In this document: in pieces, positions 42,001-54,525 of the stretch
Position numbering within the stretch: position 1 is the stretch's first letter
Layout of the letters: the number at the start of each line of letters is the position of its first letter
Assembly: GCF_009914755.1 (NCBI RefSeq)
Contig: NC_060944.1
Origin: the human T2T-CHM13v2.0 reference genome, Homo sapiens
DNA: 64,000 nt
Reading direction: 5' to 3' (one strand)
Notes under the pieces: generated by a model
Database searches by the model: none
The model's input: only the letters and a program-made list of their open reading frames with translations
Told to the model about the DNA's origin: nothing
Position numbers and translations under genes: made by a program

Positions 42001-45000
42001 TTTCTTTGCAAAGAGCAGTTTTGAAACACTCTTTTTGTAGAATCTGCAAGAGGATATTTGGATAGCTTTGAGGATTTCTTGGGAAACGGGAATGTCTTCA
42101 GATAAACTCTAGACAGAAGCATTCTCAGAAACTTCTTTGGGATGTTTCAATTGAAGTCACAGTGTTGAACATTCCCTTTCACAGAGCAGGTTTGAAACAC
42201 TCTTTTTGTAGTGTCTATAAGTGAACATTTGGCGTGCTTTCAGGCCTAACGTGAAAAAGGAAATATCTTCCCATAAAAACTAGACAGAAGCATTCTCAGA
42301 AACTTGTTCTTGATGTGTGCCCTCTACTGACAGAGTTGAACCTTTCTTTGCAAAGAGCAGCTTTGAAACACTCTTTTTGTAGAATCTGCAAGAGGATATT
42401 TGGATAGCTTGGAGGATTTCGTTGGAAACGGGTATGTCTTCAGATAAACTCTAGACAGAAGCATTCTCAGAAACTTCTTTGGGATGTTGCATTCAAGTCA
42501 CAGAGTAGAACATTCCCATTCATAGAGCAGATTTGAAACACTCTTTTTGTAGTATCTGGAAGTGGACATTTGGAGCGCTTTCAGGCCTATGTTGAAAAAG
42601 GAAATATCTTCCCATAAAAACTAGACGGAAGCATTCTCAGAAACTTATTTGTGATGTGTTTGCTCAACTAACAGGATTGAACCATCGTTTTGAAGGAGCA
42701 GTTTTGAAACACTGTTTTCGTGGAATCTGCAAGTGGATATTTGGCTAGCTTTGAGGATTTCGTTGGAAACGGGATTACATATAAAAAGGAGACAGCAGCA
42801 TTCTCAGAAACTTCTTTGTGATGTCTGCATTCAATTCACAGAGTTGAGCATTCCCTTTCATAGAGCAGGTTGGAAACACTCTTTTTGTAGTATCTGGATG
42901 AGGACATTTGGAGCGCTTTCAGGCGTATGGTGAAAAAGGAAATATCTTCCCGTAAAAACTAGACAGAAGCATTCTCAGAAGTTTATTTGTGATGTGTGCC
43001 CTCAACTAACAGAGTTGAACCTTTCTTTTGATAGAGCAGTTTTGAAACACTCTTTTTGTAAAATCTGCAAGAGGATATTTGGATAGCTTTGAGGATTTCG
43101 TTGCAAACGGGAATGGCTTCATATAAACTCTAGACAGAAGCATTCTCAGAAACTTCGTTGGGATGTTTTGATTGAAGTCCCAGTGTTGAACATTCCCTTT
43201 TATAGAGCAGGTTGGAAACACTCTTTCTGCATTCCCTGGAAGTGGACATTTGGAGCGCTTTCAGGACGACGGTGAAAATGGAAATATCTTCCAAGAAAAT
43301 CTAGATAGAAGCAATGTCAGAAACTTTTATGTGATGGATCTACTCAGCTAACAGAGTTGAACCTTTCTTTTCAGAGAGCAGTTTTGCAACACTCTTTTTG
43401 TGGAATATGCAAGTGGATATTAGGGCAGCTTTGAGGATTTCGTTGGAAACGGGAATACATGTAAAAAGCAGACAGCAGCATTCTCAGAAACTTCTTTGTG
43501 ATGTTTGCATTGAAGTCACAGAGTTGAACATTCCCTTTGAGAGAGCAGGTTTGAAACACGCCTTTTGTCATATCTGGAAGTGTCCATTCGGAGCGCATTC
43601 AGGCTTGTGTTGAAAAAGGAAATATCCTCCCATAAAAACTAGACAGAAGCATTCTCAGAAACTTATCTGTGATGTATGTACTCAACTAACAGAACTAAAC
43701 CATCGTTTTGAAGGAGCAGTTTTGAAACACTCTTTTTGCGGAATCTGCAAGTGGATATTTGGCTAGCTGGGAGGATTTCGTTGGAAACGGGATTACATAC
43801 AAAAAGCAGACAGCAGCATTCTCAGAAACTTCTTTGTGATGTTTGCATTCAAGTCACAGAGTTGAACATTCCCTTTCATAGAGCAGGTTTGAAACACTCT
43901 TTTTGTAGTATCTGGATGTGGACATTTGGATCGCTTTCAGGCCTATGGTGAAAAAGGAAATATCTTCCCATGAAAACTAGACAGAAGCATTCTCAGAAAC
44001 TTATTTGTGATGTGTGCCCTCAACTGACAGTGTTGAACCTTTGTTTTGATAGAGCAGTTCTGAAACACACTTTTTGTAAAATCTGCAAGAGGATATTTGG
44101 ATAGCTTTGAGGATTTCGTTGGAAACGGGAATGTCTTCATGTAAACTCTAGACAGAAGCATTCTCAGAAACTGCTTTGGGATGTTTCAATTGAAGTCCCA
44201 GTGTTGAACATTCCCATTCATAGAGCAGGTTTGAAACACTCTTTTTGTACTATCTGGAAGTGGACATTTGGAGCGCTTTCAGGTCTACGGTGAAAAAGGA
44301 GATATCTTCCAATAAAAACTAGATAGAAGCAATGTCAGAACTCTTTTCATGATGTATCTACTCAGCAAACAGAGTTGAACCTTTCTTTTGAGAGAGCAGT
44401 TTTGAAACACTCTTTTTGTGGAATATGCAAGTGGGTATTAGGCCAGCTTGGAGGATTTCGTTGGAAACGGGAATACGTATAAAAAGCAGACAGCAGCATT
44501 GTCAGAAACTACTTTGTGATGTTTGCATTCAAGTCACAGAATTGAACACTCCCTTTCACAGAGCAGGTTTGAAACACTCTTTTTGTAGTGTCTGTAAGTG
44601 AACATTTGGATTGCTTTCAGGCCTAAGGTGAAAAAGGAAATATCTTCCCATAAAAACTAGACAGAAGCATTCTCAGAAACTTGTTTGTGATGTGTGCCCT
44701 CTACTGACAGAGTTGAACCTTTCTTTGCAAAGAGCAGTTTTGAAACACTCTTTTTGTAGAATCTGCAAGAGGATATTTGGATAGCTTTGAGGATTTCTTG
44801 GGAAACGGGAATGTCTTCAGATAAACTCTAGACAGAAGCATTCTCAGAAACTTCTTTGGGATGTTTCAATTGAAGTCACAGTGTTGAACATTCCCTTTCA
44901 CAGAGCAGGTTTGAAACACTCTTTTTGTAGTGTCTATAAGTGAACATTTGGCGTGCTTTCAGGCCTAACGTGAAAAAGGAAATATCTTCCCATAAAAACT

Positions 45001-48000
45001 AGACAGAAGCATTCTCAGAAACTTGTTCTTGATGTGTGCCCTCTACTGACAGAGTTGAACCTTTCTTTGCAAAGAGCAGCTTTGAAACACTCTTTTTGTA
45101 GAATCTGCAAGAGGATATTTGGATAGCTTGGAGGATTTCGTTGGAAACGGGTATGTCTTCAGATAAACTCTAGACAGAAGCATTCTCAGAAACTTCTTTG
45201 GGATGTTGCATTCAAGTCACAGAGTAGAACATTCCCATTCATAGAGCAGATTTGAAACACTCTTTTTGTAGTATCTGGAAGTGGACATTTGGAGCGCTTT
45301 CAGGCCTATGTTGAAAAAGGAAATATCTTCCCATAAAAACTAGACGGAAGCATTCTCAGAAACTTATTTGTGATGTGTTTGCTCAACTAACAGGATTGAA
45401 CCATCGTTTTGAAGGAGCAGTTTTGAAACACTGTTTTCGTGGAATCTGCAAGTGGATATTTGGCTAGCTTTGAGGATTTCGTTGGAAACGGGATTACATA
45501 TAAAAAGGAGACAGCAGCATTCTCAGAAACTTCTTTGTGATGTCTGCATTCAATTCACAGAGTTGAGCATTCCCTTTCATAGAGCAGGTTGGAAACACTC
45601 TTTTTGTAGTATCTGGATGAGGACATTTGGAGCGCTTTCAGGCGTATGGTGAAAAAGGAAATATCTTCCCGTAAAAACTAGACAGAAGCATTCTCAGAAG
45701 TTTATTTGTGATGTGTGCCCTCAACTAACAGAGTTGAACCTTTCTTTTGATAGAGCAGTTTTGAAACACTCTTTTTGTAAAATCTGCAAGAGGATATTTG
45801 GATAGCTTTGAGGATTTCGTTGCAAACGGGAATGGCTTCATATAAACTCTAGACAGAAGCATTCTCAGAAACTTCGTTGGGATGTTTCGATTGAAGTCCC
45901 AGTGTTGAACATTCCCTTTTATAGAGCAGGTTGGAAACACTCTTTCTGCATTCCCTGGAAGTGGACATTTGGAGCGCTTTCAGGACGACGGTGAAAATGG
46001 AAATATCTTCCAAGAAAATCTAGATAGAAGCAACGTCAGAAACTTTTATGTGATGGATCTACTCAGCTAACAGAGTTGAACCTTTCTTTTGAGAGAGCAG
46101 TTTTGCAACACTCTTTTTGTGGAATATGCAAGTGGATATTAGGGCAGCTTTGAGGATTTCGTTGGAAACGGGAATACATGTAAAAAGCAGACAGCAGCAT
46201 TCTCAGAAACTTCTTTGTGATGTTTGCATTGAAGTCACAGAGTTGAACATTCCCTTTGAGAGAGCAGGTTTGAAACACGCCTTTTGTCATATCTGGAAGT
46301 GTCCATTCGGAGCGCATTCAGGCTTGTGTTGAAAAAGGAAATATCCTCCCATAAAAACTAGACAGAAGCATTCTCAGAAACTTATCTGTGATGTATGTAC
46401 TCAACTAACAGAACTAAACCATCGTTTTGAAGGAGCAGTTTTGAAACACTCTTTTTGCGGAATCTGCAAGTGGATATTTGGCTAGCTGGGAGGATTTCGT
46501 TGGAAACGGGATTACATACAAAAAGCAGACAGCAGCATTCTCAGAAACTTCTTTGTGATGTTTGCATTCAAGTCACAGAGTTGAACATTCCCTTTCATAG
46601 AGCAGGTTTGAAACACTCTTTTTGTAGTATCTGGATGTGGACATTTGGATCGCTTTCAGGCCTATGGTGAAAAAGGAAATATCTTCCCATGAAAACTAGA
46701 CAGAAGCATTCTCAGAAACTTATTTGTGATGTGTGCCCTCAACTGACAGTGTTGAACCTTTGTTTTGATAGAGCAGTTCTGAAACACACTTTTTGTAAAA
46801 TCTGCAAGAGGATATTTGGATAGCTTTGAGGATTTCGTTGGAAACGGGAATGTCTTCATGTAAACTCTAGACAGAAGCATTCTCAGAAACTGCTTTGGGA
46901 TGTTTCAATTGAAGTCCCAGTGTTGAACATTCCCATTCATAGAGCAGGTTTGAAACACTCTTTTTGTACTATCTGGAAGTGGACATTTGGAGCGCTTTCA
47001 GGTCTACGGTGAAAAAGGAGATATCTTCCAATAAAAACTAGATAGAAGCAATGTCAGAACTCTTTTCATGATGTATCTACTCAGCAAACAGAGTTGAACC
47101 TTTCTTTTGAGAGAGCAGTTTTGAAACACTCTTTTTGTGGAATATGCAAGTGGGTATTAGGCCAGCTTGGAGGATTTCGTTGGAAACGGGAATACGTATA
47201 AAAAGCAGACAGCAGCATTGTCAGAAACTACTTTGTGATGTTTGCATTCAAGTCACAGAATTGAACACTCCCTTTCACAGAGCAGGTTTGAAACACTCTT
47301 TTTGTAGTGTCTGTAAGTGAACATTTGGATTGCTTTCAGGCCTAAGGTGAAAAAGGAAATATCTTCCCATAAAAACTAGACAGAAGCATTCTCAGAAACT
47401 TGTTTGTGATGTGTGCCCTCTACTGACAGAGTTGAACCTTTCTTTGCAAAGAGCAGTTTTGAAACACTCTTTTTGTAGAATCTGCAAGAGGATATTTGGA
47501 TAGCTTTGAGGATTTCTTGGGAAACGGGAATGTCTTCAGATAAACTCTAGACAGAAGCATTCTCAGAAACTTCTTTGGGATGTTTCAATTGAAGTCACAG
47601 TGTTGAACATTCCCTTTCACAGAGCCGGTTTGAAACACTCTTTTTGTAGTGTCTATAAGTGAACATTTGGCGTGCTTTCAGGCCTAACGTGAAAAAGGAA
47701 ATATCTTCCCATAAAAACTAGACAGAAGCATTCTCAGAAACTTGTTCTTGATGTGTGCCCTCTACTGACAGAGTTGAACCTTTCTTTGCAAAGAGCAGCT
47801 TTGAAACACTCTTTTTGTAGAATCTGCAAGAGGATATTTGGATAGCTTGGAGGATTTCGTTGGAAACGGGTATGTCTTCAGATAAACTCTAGACAGAAGC
47901 ATTCTCAGAAACTTCTTTGGGATGTTGCATTCAAGTCACAGAGTAGAACATTCCCATTCATAGAGCAGATTTGAAACACTCTTTTTGTAGTATCTGGAAG

Positions 48001-51000
48001 TGGACATTTGGAGCGCTTTCAGGCCTATGTTGAAAAAGGAAATATCTTCCCATAAAAACTAGACGGAAGCATTCTCAGAAACTTATTTGTGATGTGTTTG
48101 CTCAACTAACAGGATTGAACCATCGTTTTGAAGGAGCAGTTTTGAAACACTGTTTTCGTGGAATCTGCAAGTGGATATTTGGCTAGCTTTGAGGATTTCG
48201 TTGGAAACGGGATTACATATAAAAAGGAGACAGCAGCATTCTCAGAAACTTCTTTGTGATGTCTGCATTCAATTCACAGAGTTGAGCATTCCCTTTCATA
48301 GAGCAGGTTGGAAACACTCTTTTTGTAGTATCTGGATGAGGACATTTGGAGCGCTTTCAGGCGTATGGTGAAAAAGGAAATATCTTCCCGTAAAAACTAG
48401 ACAGAAGCATTCTCAGAAGTTTATTTGTGATGTGTGCCCTCAACTAACAGAGTTGAACCTTTCTTTTGATAGAGCAGTTTTGAAACACTCTTTTTGTAAA
48501 ATCTGCAAGAGGATATTTGGATAGCTTTGAGGATTTCGTTGCAAACGGGAATGGCTTCATATAAACTCTAGACAGAAGCATTCTCAGAAACTTCGTTGGG
48601 ATGTTTCGATTGAAGTCCCAGTGTTGAACATTCCCTTTTATAGAGCAGGTTGGAAACACTCTTTCTGCATTCCCTGGAAGTGGACATTTGGAGCGCTTTC
48701 AGGACGACGGTGAAAATGGAAATATCTTCCAAGAAAATCTAGATAGAAGCAACGTCAGAAACTTTTATGTGATGGATCTACTCAGCTAACAGAGTTGAAC
48801 CTTTCTTTTGAGAGAGCAGTTTTGCAACACTCTTTTTGTGGAATATGCAAGTGGATATTAGGGCAGCTTTGAGGATTTCGTTGGAAACGGGAATACATGT
48901 AAAAAGCAGACAGCAGCATTCTCAGAAACTTCTTTGTGATGTTTGCATTGAAGTCACAGAGTTGAACATTCCCTTTGAGAGAGCAGGTTTGAAACACGCC
49001 TTTTGTCATATCTGGAAGTGTCCATTCGGAGCGCATTCAGGCTTGTGTTGAAAAAGGAAATATCCTCCCATAAAAACTAGACAGAAGCATTCTCAGAAAC
49101 TTATCTGTGATGTATGTACTCAACTAACAGAACTAAACCATCGTTTTGAAGGAGCAGTTTTGAAACACTCTTTTTGCGGAATCTGCAAGTGGATATTTGG
49201 CTAGCTGGGAGGATTTCGTTGGAAACGGGATTACATACAAAAAGCAGACAGCAGCATTCTCAGAAACTTCTTTGTGATGTTTGCATTCAAGTCACAGAGT
49301 TGAACATTCCCTTTCATAGAGCAGGTTTGAAACACTCTTTTTGTAGTATCTGGATGTGGACATTTGGATCGCTTTCAGGCCTATGGTGAAAAAGGAAATA
49401 TCTTCCCATGAAAACTAGACAGAAGCATTCTCAGAAACTTATTTGTGATGTGTGCCCTCAACTGACAGTGTTGAACCTTTGTTTTGATAGAGCAGTTCTG
49501 AAACACACTTTTTGTAAAATCTGCAAGAGGATATTTGGATAGCTTTGAGGATTTCGTTGGAAACGGGAATGTCTTCATGTAAACTCTAGACAGAAGCATT
49601 CTCAGAAACTGCTTTGGGATGTTTCAATTGAAGTCCCAGTGTTGAACATTCCCATTCATAGAGCAGGTTTGAAACACTCTTTTTGTACTATCTGGAAGTG
49701 GACATTTGGAGCGCTTTCAGGTCTACGGTGAAAAAGGAGATATCTTCCAATAAAAACTAGATAGAAGCAATGTCAGAACTCTTTTCATGATGTATCTACT
49801 CAGCAAACAGAGTTGAACCTTTCTTTTGAGAGAGCAGTTTTGAAACACTCTTTTTGTGGAATATGCAAGTGGGTATTAGGCCAGCTTGGAGGATTTCGTT
49901 GGAAACGGGAATACGTATAAAAAGCAGAGAGCAGCATTGTCAGAAACTACTTTGTGATGTTTGCATTCAAGTCACAGAATTGAACACTCCCTTTCACAGA
50001 GCAGGTTTGAAACACTCTTTTTGTAGTGTCTGTAAGTGAACATTTGGATTGCTTTCAGGCCTAAGGTGAAAAAGGAAATATCTTCCCATAAAAACTAGAC
50101 AGAAGCATTCTCAGAAACTTGTTTGTGATGTGTGCCCTCTACTGACAGAGTTGAACCTTTCTTTGCAAAGAGCAGTTTTGAAACACTCTTTTTGTAGAAT
50201 CTGCAAGAGGATATTTGGATAGCTTTGAGGATTTCTTGGGAAACGGGAATGTCTTCAGATAAACTCTAGACAGAAGCATTCTCAGAAACTTCTTTGGGAT
50301 GTTTCAATTGAAGTCACAGTGTTGAACATTCCCTTTCACAGAGCAGGTTTGAAACACTCTTTTTGTAGTGTCTATAAGTGAACATTTGGCGTGCTTTCAG
50401 GCCTAACGTGAAAAAGGAAATATCTTCCCATAAAAACTAGACAGAAGCATTCTCAGAAACTTGTTCTTGATGTGTGCCCTCTACTGACAGAGTTGAACCT
50501 TTCTTTGCAAAGAGCAGCTTTGAAACACTCTTTTTGTAGAATCTGCAAGAGGATATTTGGATAGCTTGGAGGATTTCGTTGGAAACGGGTATGTCTTCAG
50601 ATAAACTCTAGACAGAAGCATTCTCAGAAACTTCTTTGGGATGTTGCATTCAAGTCACAGAGTAGAACATTCCCATTCATAGAGCAGATTTGAAACACTC
50701 TTTTTGTAGTATCTGGAAGTGGACATTTGGAGCGCTTTCAGGCCTATGTTGAAAAAGGAAATATCTTCCCATAAAAACTAGACGGAAGCATTCTCAGAAA
50801 CTTATTTGTGATGTGTTTGCTCAACTAACAGGATTGAACCATCGTTTTGAAGGAGCAGTTTTGAAACACTGTTTTCGTGGAATCTGCAAGTGGATATTTG
50901 GCTAGCTTTGAGGATTTCGTTGGAAACGGGATTACATATAAAAAGGAGACAGCAGCATTCTCAGAAACTTCTTTGTGATGTCTGCATTCAATTCACAGAG

Positions 51001-54000
51001 TTGAGCATTCCCTTTCATAGAGCAGGTTGGAAACACTCTTTTTGTAGTATCTGGATGAGGACATTTGGAGCGCTTTCAGGCGTATGGTGAAAAAGGAAAT
51101 ATCTTCCCGTAAAAACTAGACAGAAGCATTCTCAGAAGTTTATTTGTGATGTGTGCCCTCAACTAACAGAGTTGAACCTTTCTTTTGATAGAGCAGTTTT
51201 GAAACACTCTTTTTGTAAAATCTGCAAGAGGATATTTGGATAGCTTTGAGGATTTCGTTGCAAACGGGAATGGCTTCATATAAACTCTAGACAGAAGCAT
51301 TCTCAGAAACTTCGTTGGGATGTTTCGATTGAAGTCCCAGTGTTGAACATTCCCTTTTATAGAGCAGGTTGGAAACACTCTTTCTGCATTCCCTGGAAGT
51401 GGACATTTGGAGCGCTTTCAGGACGACGGTGAAAATGGAAATATCTTCCAAGAAAATCTAGATAGAAGCAACGTCAGAAACTTTTATGTGATGGATCTAC
51501 TCAGCTAACAGAGTTGAACCTTTCTTTTGAGAGAGCAGTTTTGCAACACTCTTTTTGTGGAATATGCAAGTGGATATTAGGGCAGCTTTGAGGATTTCGT
51601 TGGAAACGGGAATACATGTAAAAAGCAGACAGCAGCATTCTCAGAAACTTCTTTGTGATGTTTGCATTGAAGTCACAGAGTTGAACATTCCCTTTGAGAG
51701 AGCAGGTTTGAAACACGCCTTTTGTCATATCTGGAAGTGTCCATTCGGAGCGCATTCAGGCTTGTGTTGAAAAAGGAAATATCCTCCCATAAAAACTAGA
51801 CAGAAGCATTCTCAGAAACTTATCTGTGATGTATGTACTCAACTAACAGAACTAAACCATCGTTTTGAAGGAGCAGTTTTGAAACACTCTTTTTGCGGAA
51901 TCTGCAAGTGGATATTTGGCTAGCTGGGAGGATTTCGTTGGAAACGGGATTACATACAAAAAGCAGACAGCAGCATTCTCAGAAACTTCTTTGTGATGTT
52001 TGCATTCAAGTCACAGAGTTGAACATTCCCTTTCATAGAGCAGGTTTGAAACACTCTTTTTGTAGTATCTGGATGTGGACATTTGGATCGCTTTCAGGCC
52101 TATGGTGAAAAAGGAAATATCTTCCCATGAAAACTAGACAGAAGCATTCTCAGAAACTTATTTGTGATGTGTGCCCTCAACTGACAGTGTTGAACCTTTG
52201 TTTTGATAGAGCAGTTCTGAAACACACTTTTTGTAAAATCTGCAAGAGGATATTTGGATAGCTTTGAGGATTTCGTTGGAAACGGGAATGTCTTCATGTA
52301 AACTCTAGACAGAAGCATTCTCAGAAACTGCTTTGGGATGTTTCAATTGAAGTCCCAGTGTTGAACATTCCCATTCATAGAGCAGGTTTGAAACACTCTT
52401 TTTGTACTATCTGGAAGTGGACATTTGGAGCGCTTTCAGGTCTACGGTGAAAAAGGAGATATCTTCCAATAAAAACTAGATAGAAGCAATGTCAGAACTC
52501 TTTTCATGATGTATCTACTCAGCAAACAGAGTTGAACCTTTCTTTTGAGAGAGCAGTTTTGAAACACTCTTTTTGTGGAATATGCAAGTGGGTATTAGGC
52601 CAGCTTGGAGGATTTCGTTGGAAACGGGAATACGTATAAAAAGCAGACAGCAGCATTGTCAGAAACTACTTTGTGATGTTTGCATTCAAGTCACAGAATT
52701 GAACACTCCCTTTCACAGAGCAGGTTTGAAACACTCTTTTTGTAGTGTCTGTAAGTGAACATTTGGATTGCTTTCAGGCCTAAGGTGAAAAAGGAAATAT
52801 CTTCCCATAAAAACTAGACAGAAGCATTCTCAGAAACTTGTTTGTGATGTGTGCCCTCTACTGACAGAGTTGAACCTTTCTTTGCAAAGAGCAGTTTTGA
52901 AACACTCTTTTTGTAGAATCTGCAAGAGGATATTTGGATAGCTTTGAGGATTTCTTGGGAAACGGGAATGTCTTCAGATAAACTCTAGACAGAAGCATTC
53001 TCAGAAACTTCTTTGGGATGTTTCAATTGAAGTCACAGTGTTGAACATTCCCTTTCACAGAGCAGGTTTGAAACACTCTTTTTGTAGTGTCTATAAGTGA
53101 ACATTTGGCGTGCTTTCAGGCCTAACGTGAAAAAGGAAATATCTTCCCATAAAAACTAGACAGAAGCATTCTCAGAAACTTGTTCTTGATGTGTGCCCTC
53201 TACTGACAGAGTTGAACCTTTCTTTGCAAAGAGCAGCTTTGAAACACTCTTTTTGTAGAATCTGCAAGAGGATATTTGGATAGCTTGGAGGATTTCGTTG
53301 GAAACGGGTATGTCTTCAGATAAACTCTAGACAGAAGCATTCTCAGAAACTTCTTTGGGATGTTGCATTCAAGTCACAGAGTAGAACATTCCCATTCATA
53401 GAGCAGATTTGAAACACTCTTTTTGTAGTATCTGGAAGTGGACATTTGGAGCGCTTTCAGGCCTATGTTGAAAAAGGAAATATCTTCCCATAAAAACTAG
53501 ACGGAAGCATTCTCAGAAACTTATTTGTGATGTGTTTGCTCAACTAACAGGATTGAACCATCGTTTTGAAGGAGCAGTTTTGAAACACTGTTTTCGTGGA
53601 ATCTGCAAGTGGATATTTGGCTAGCTTTGAGGATTTCGTTGGAAACGGGATTACATATAAAAAGGAGACAGCAGCATTCTCAGAAACTTCTTTGTGATGT
53701 CTGCATTCAATTCACAGAGTTGAGCATTCCCTTTCATAGAGCAGGTTGGAAACACTCTTTTTGTAGTATCTGGATGAGGACATTTGGAGCGCTTTCAGGC
53801 GTATGGTGAAAAAGGAAATATCTTCCCGTAAAAACTAGACAGAAGCATTCTCAGAAGTTTATTTGTGATGTGTGCCCTCAACTAACAGAGTTGAACCTTT
53901 CTTTTGATAGAGCAGTTTTGAAACACTCTTTTTGTAAAATCTGCAAGAGGATATTTGGATAGCTTTGAGGATTTCGTTGCAAACGGGAATGGCTTCATAT

Positions 54001-54525
54001 AAACTCTAGACAGAAGCATTCTCAGAAACTTCGTTGGGATGTTTCGATTGAAGTCCCAGTGTTGAACATTCCCTTTTATAGAGCAGGTTGGAAACACTCT
54101 TTCTGCATTCCCTGGAAGTGGACATTTGGAGCGCTTTCAGGACGACGGTGAAAATGGAAATATCTTCCAAGAAAATCTAGATAGAAGCAACGTCAGAAAC
54201 TTTTATGTGATGGATCTACTCAGCTAACAGAGTTGAACCTTTCTTTTGAGAGAGCAGTTTTGCAACACTCTTTTTGTGGAATATGCAAGTGGATATTAGG
54301 GCAGCTTTGAGGATTTCGTTGGAAACGGGAATACATGTAAAAAGCAGACAGCAGCATTCTCAGAAACTTCTTTGTGATGTTTGCATTGAAGTCACAGAGT
54401 TGAACATTCCCTTTGAGAGAGCAGGTTTGAAACACGCCTTTTGTCATATCTGGAAGTGTCCATTCGGAGCGCATTCAGGCTTGTGTTGAAAAAGGAAATA
54501 TCCTCCCATAAAAACTAGACAGAAG

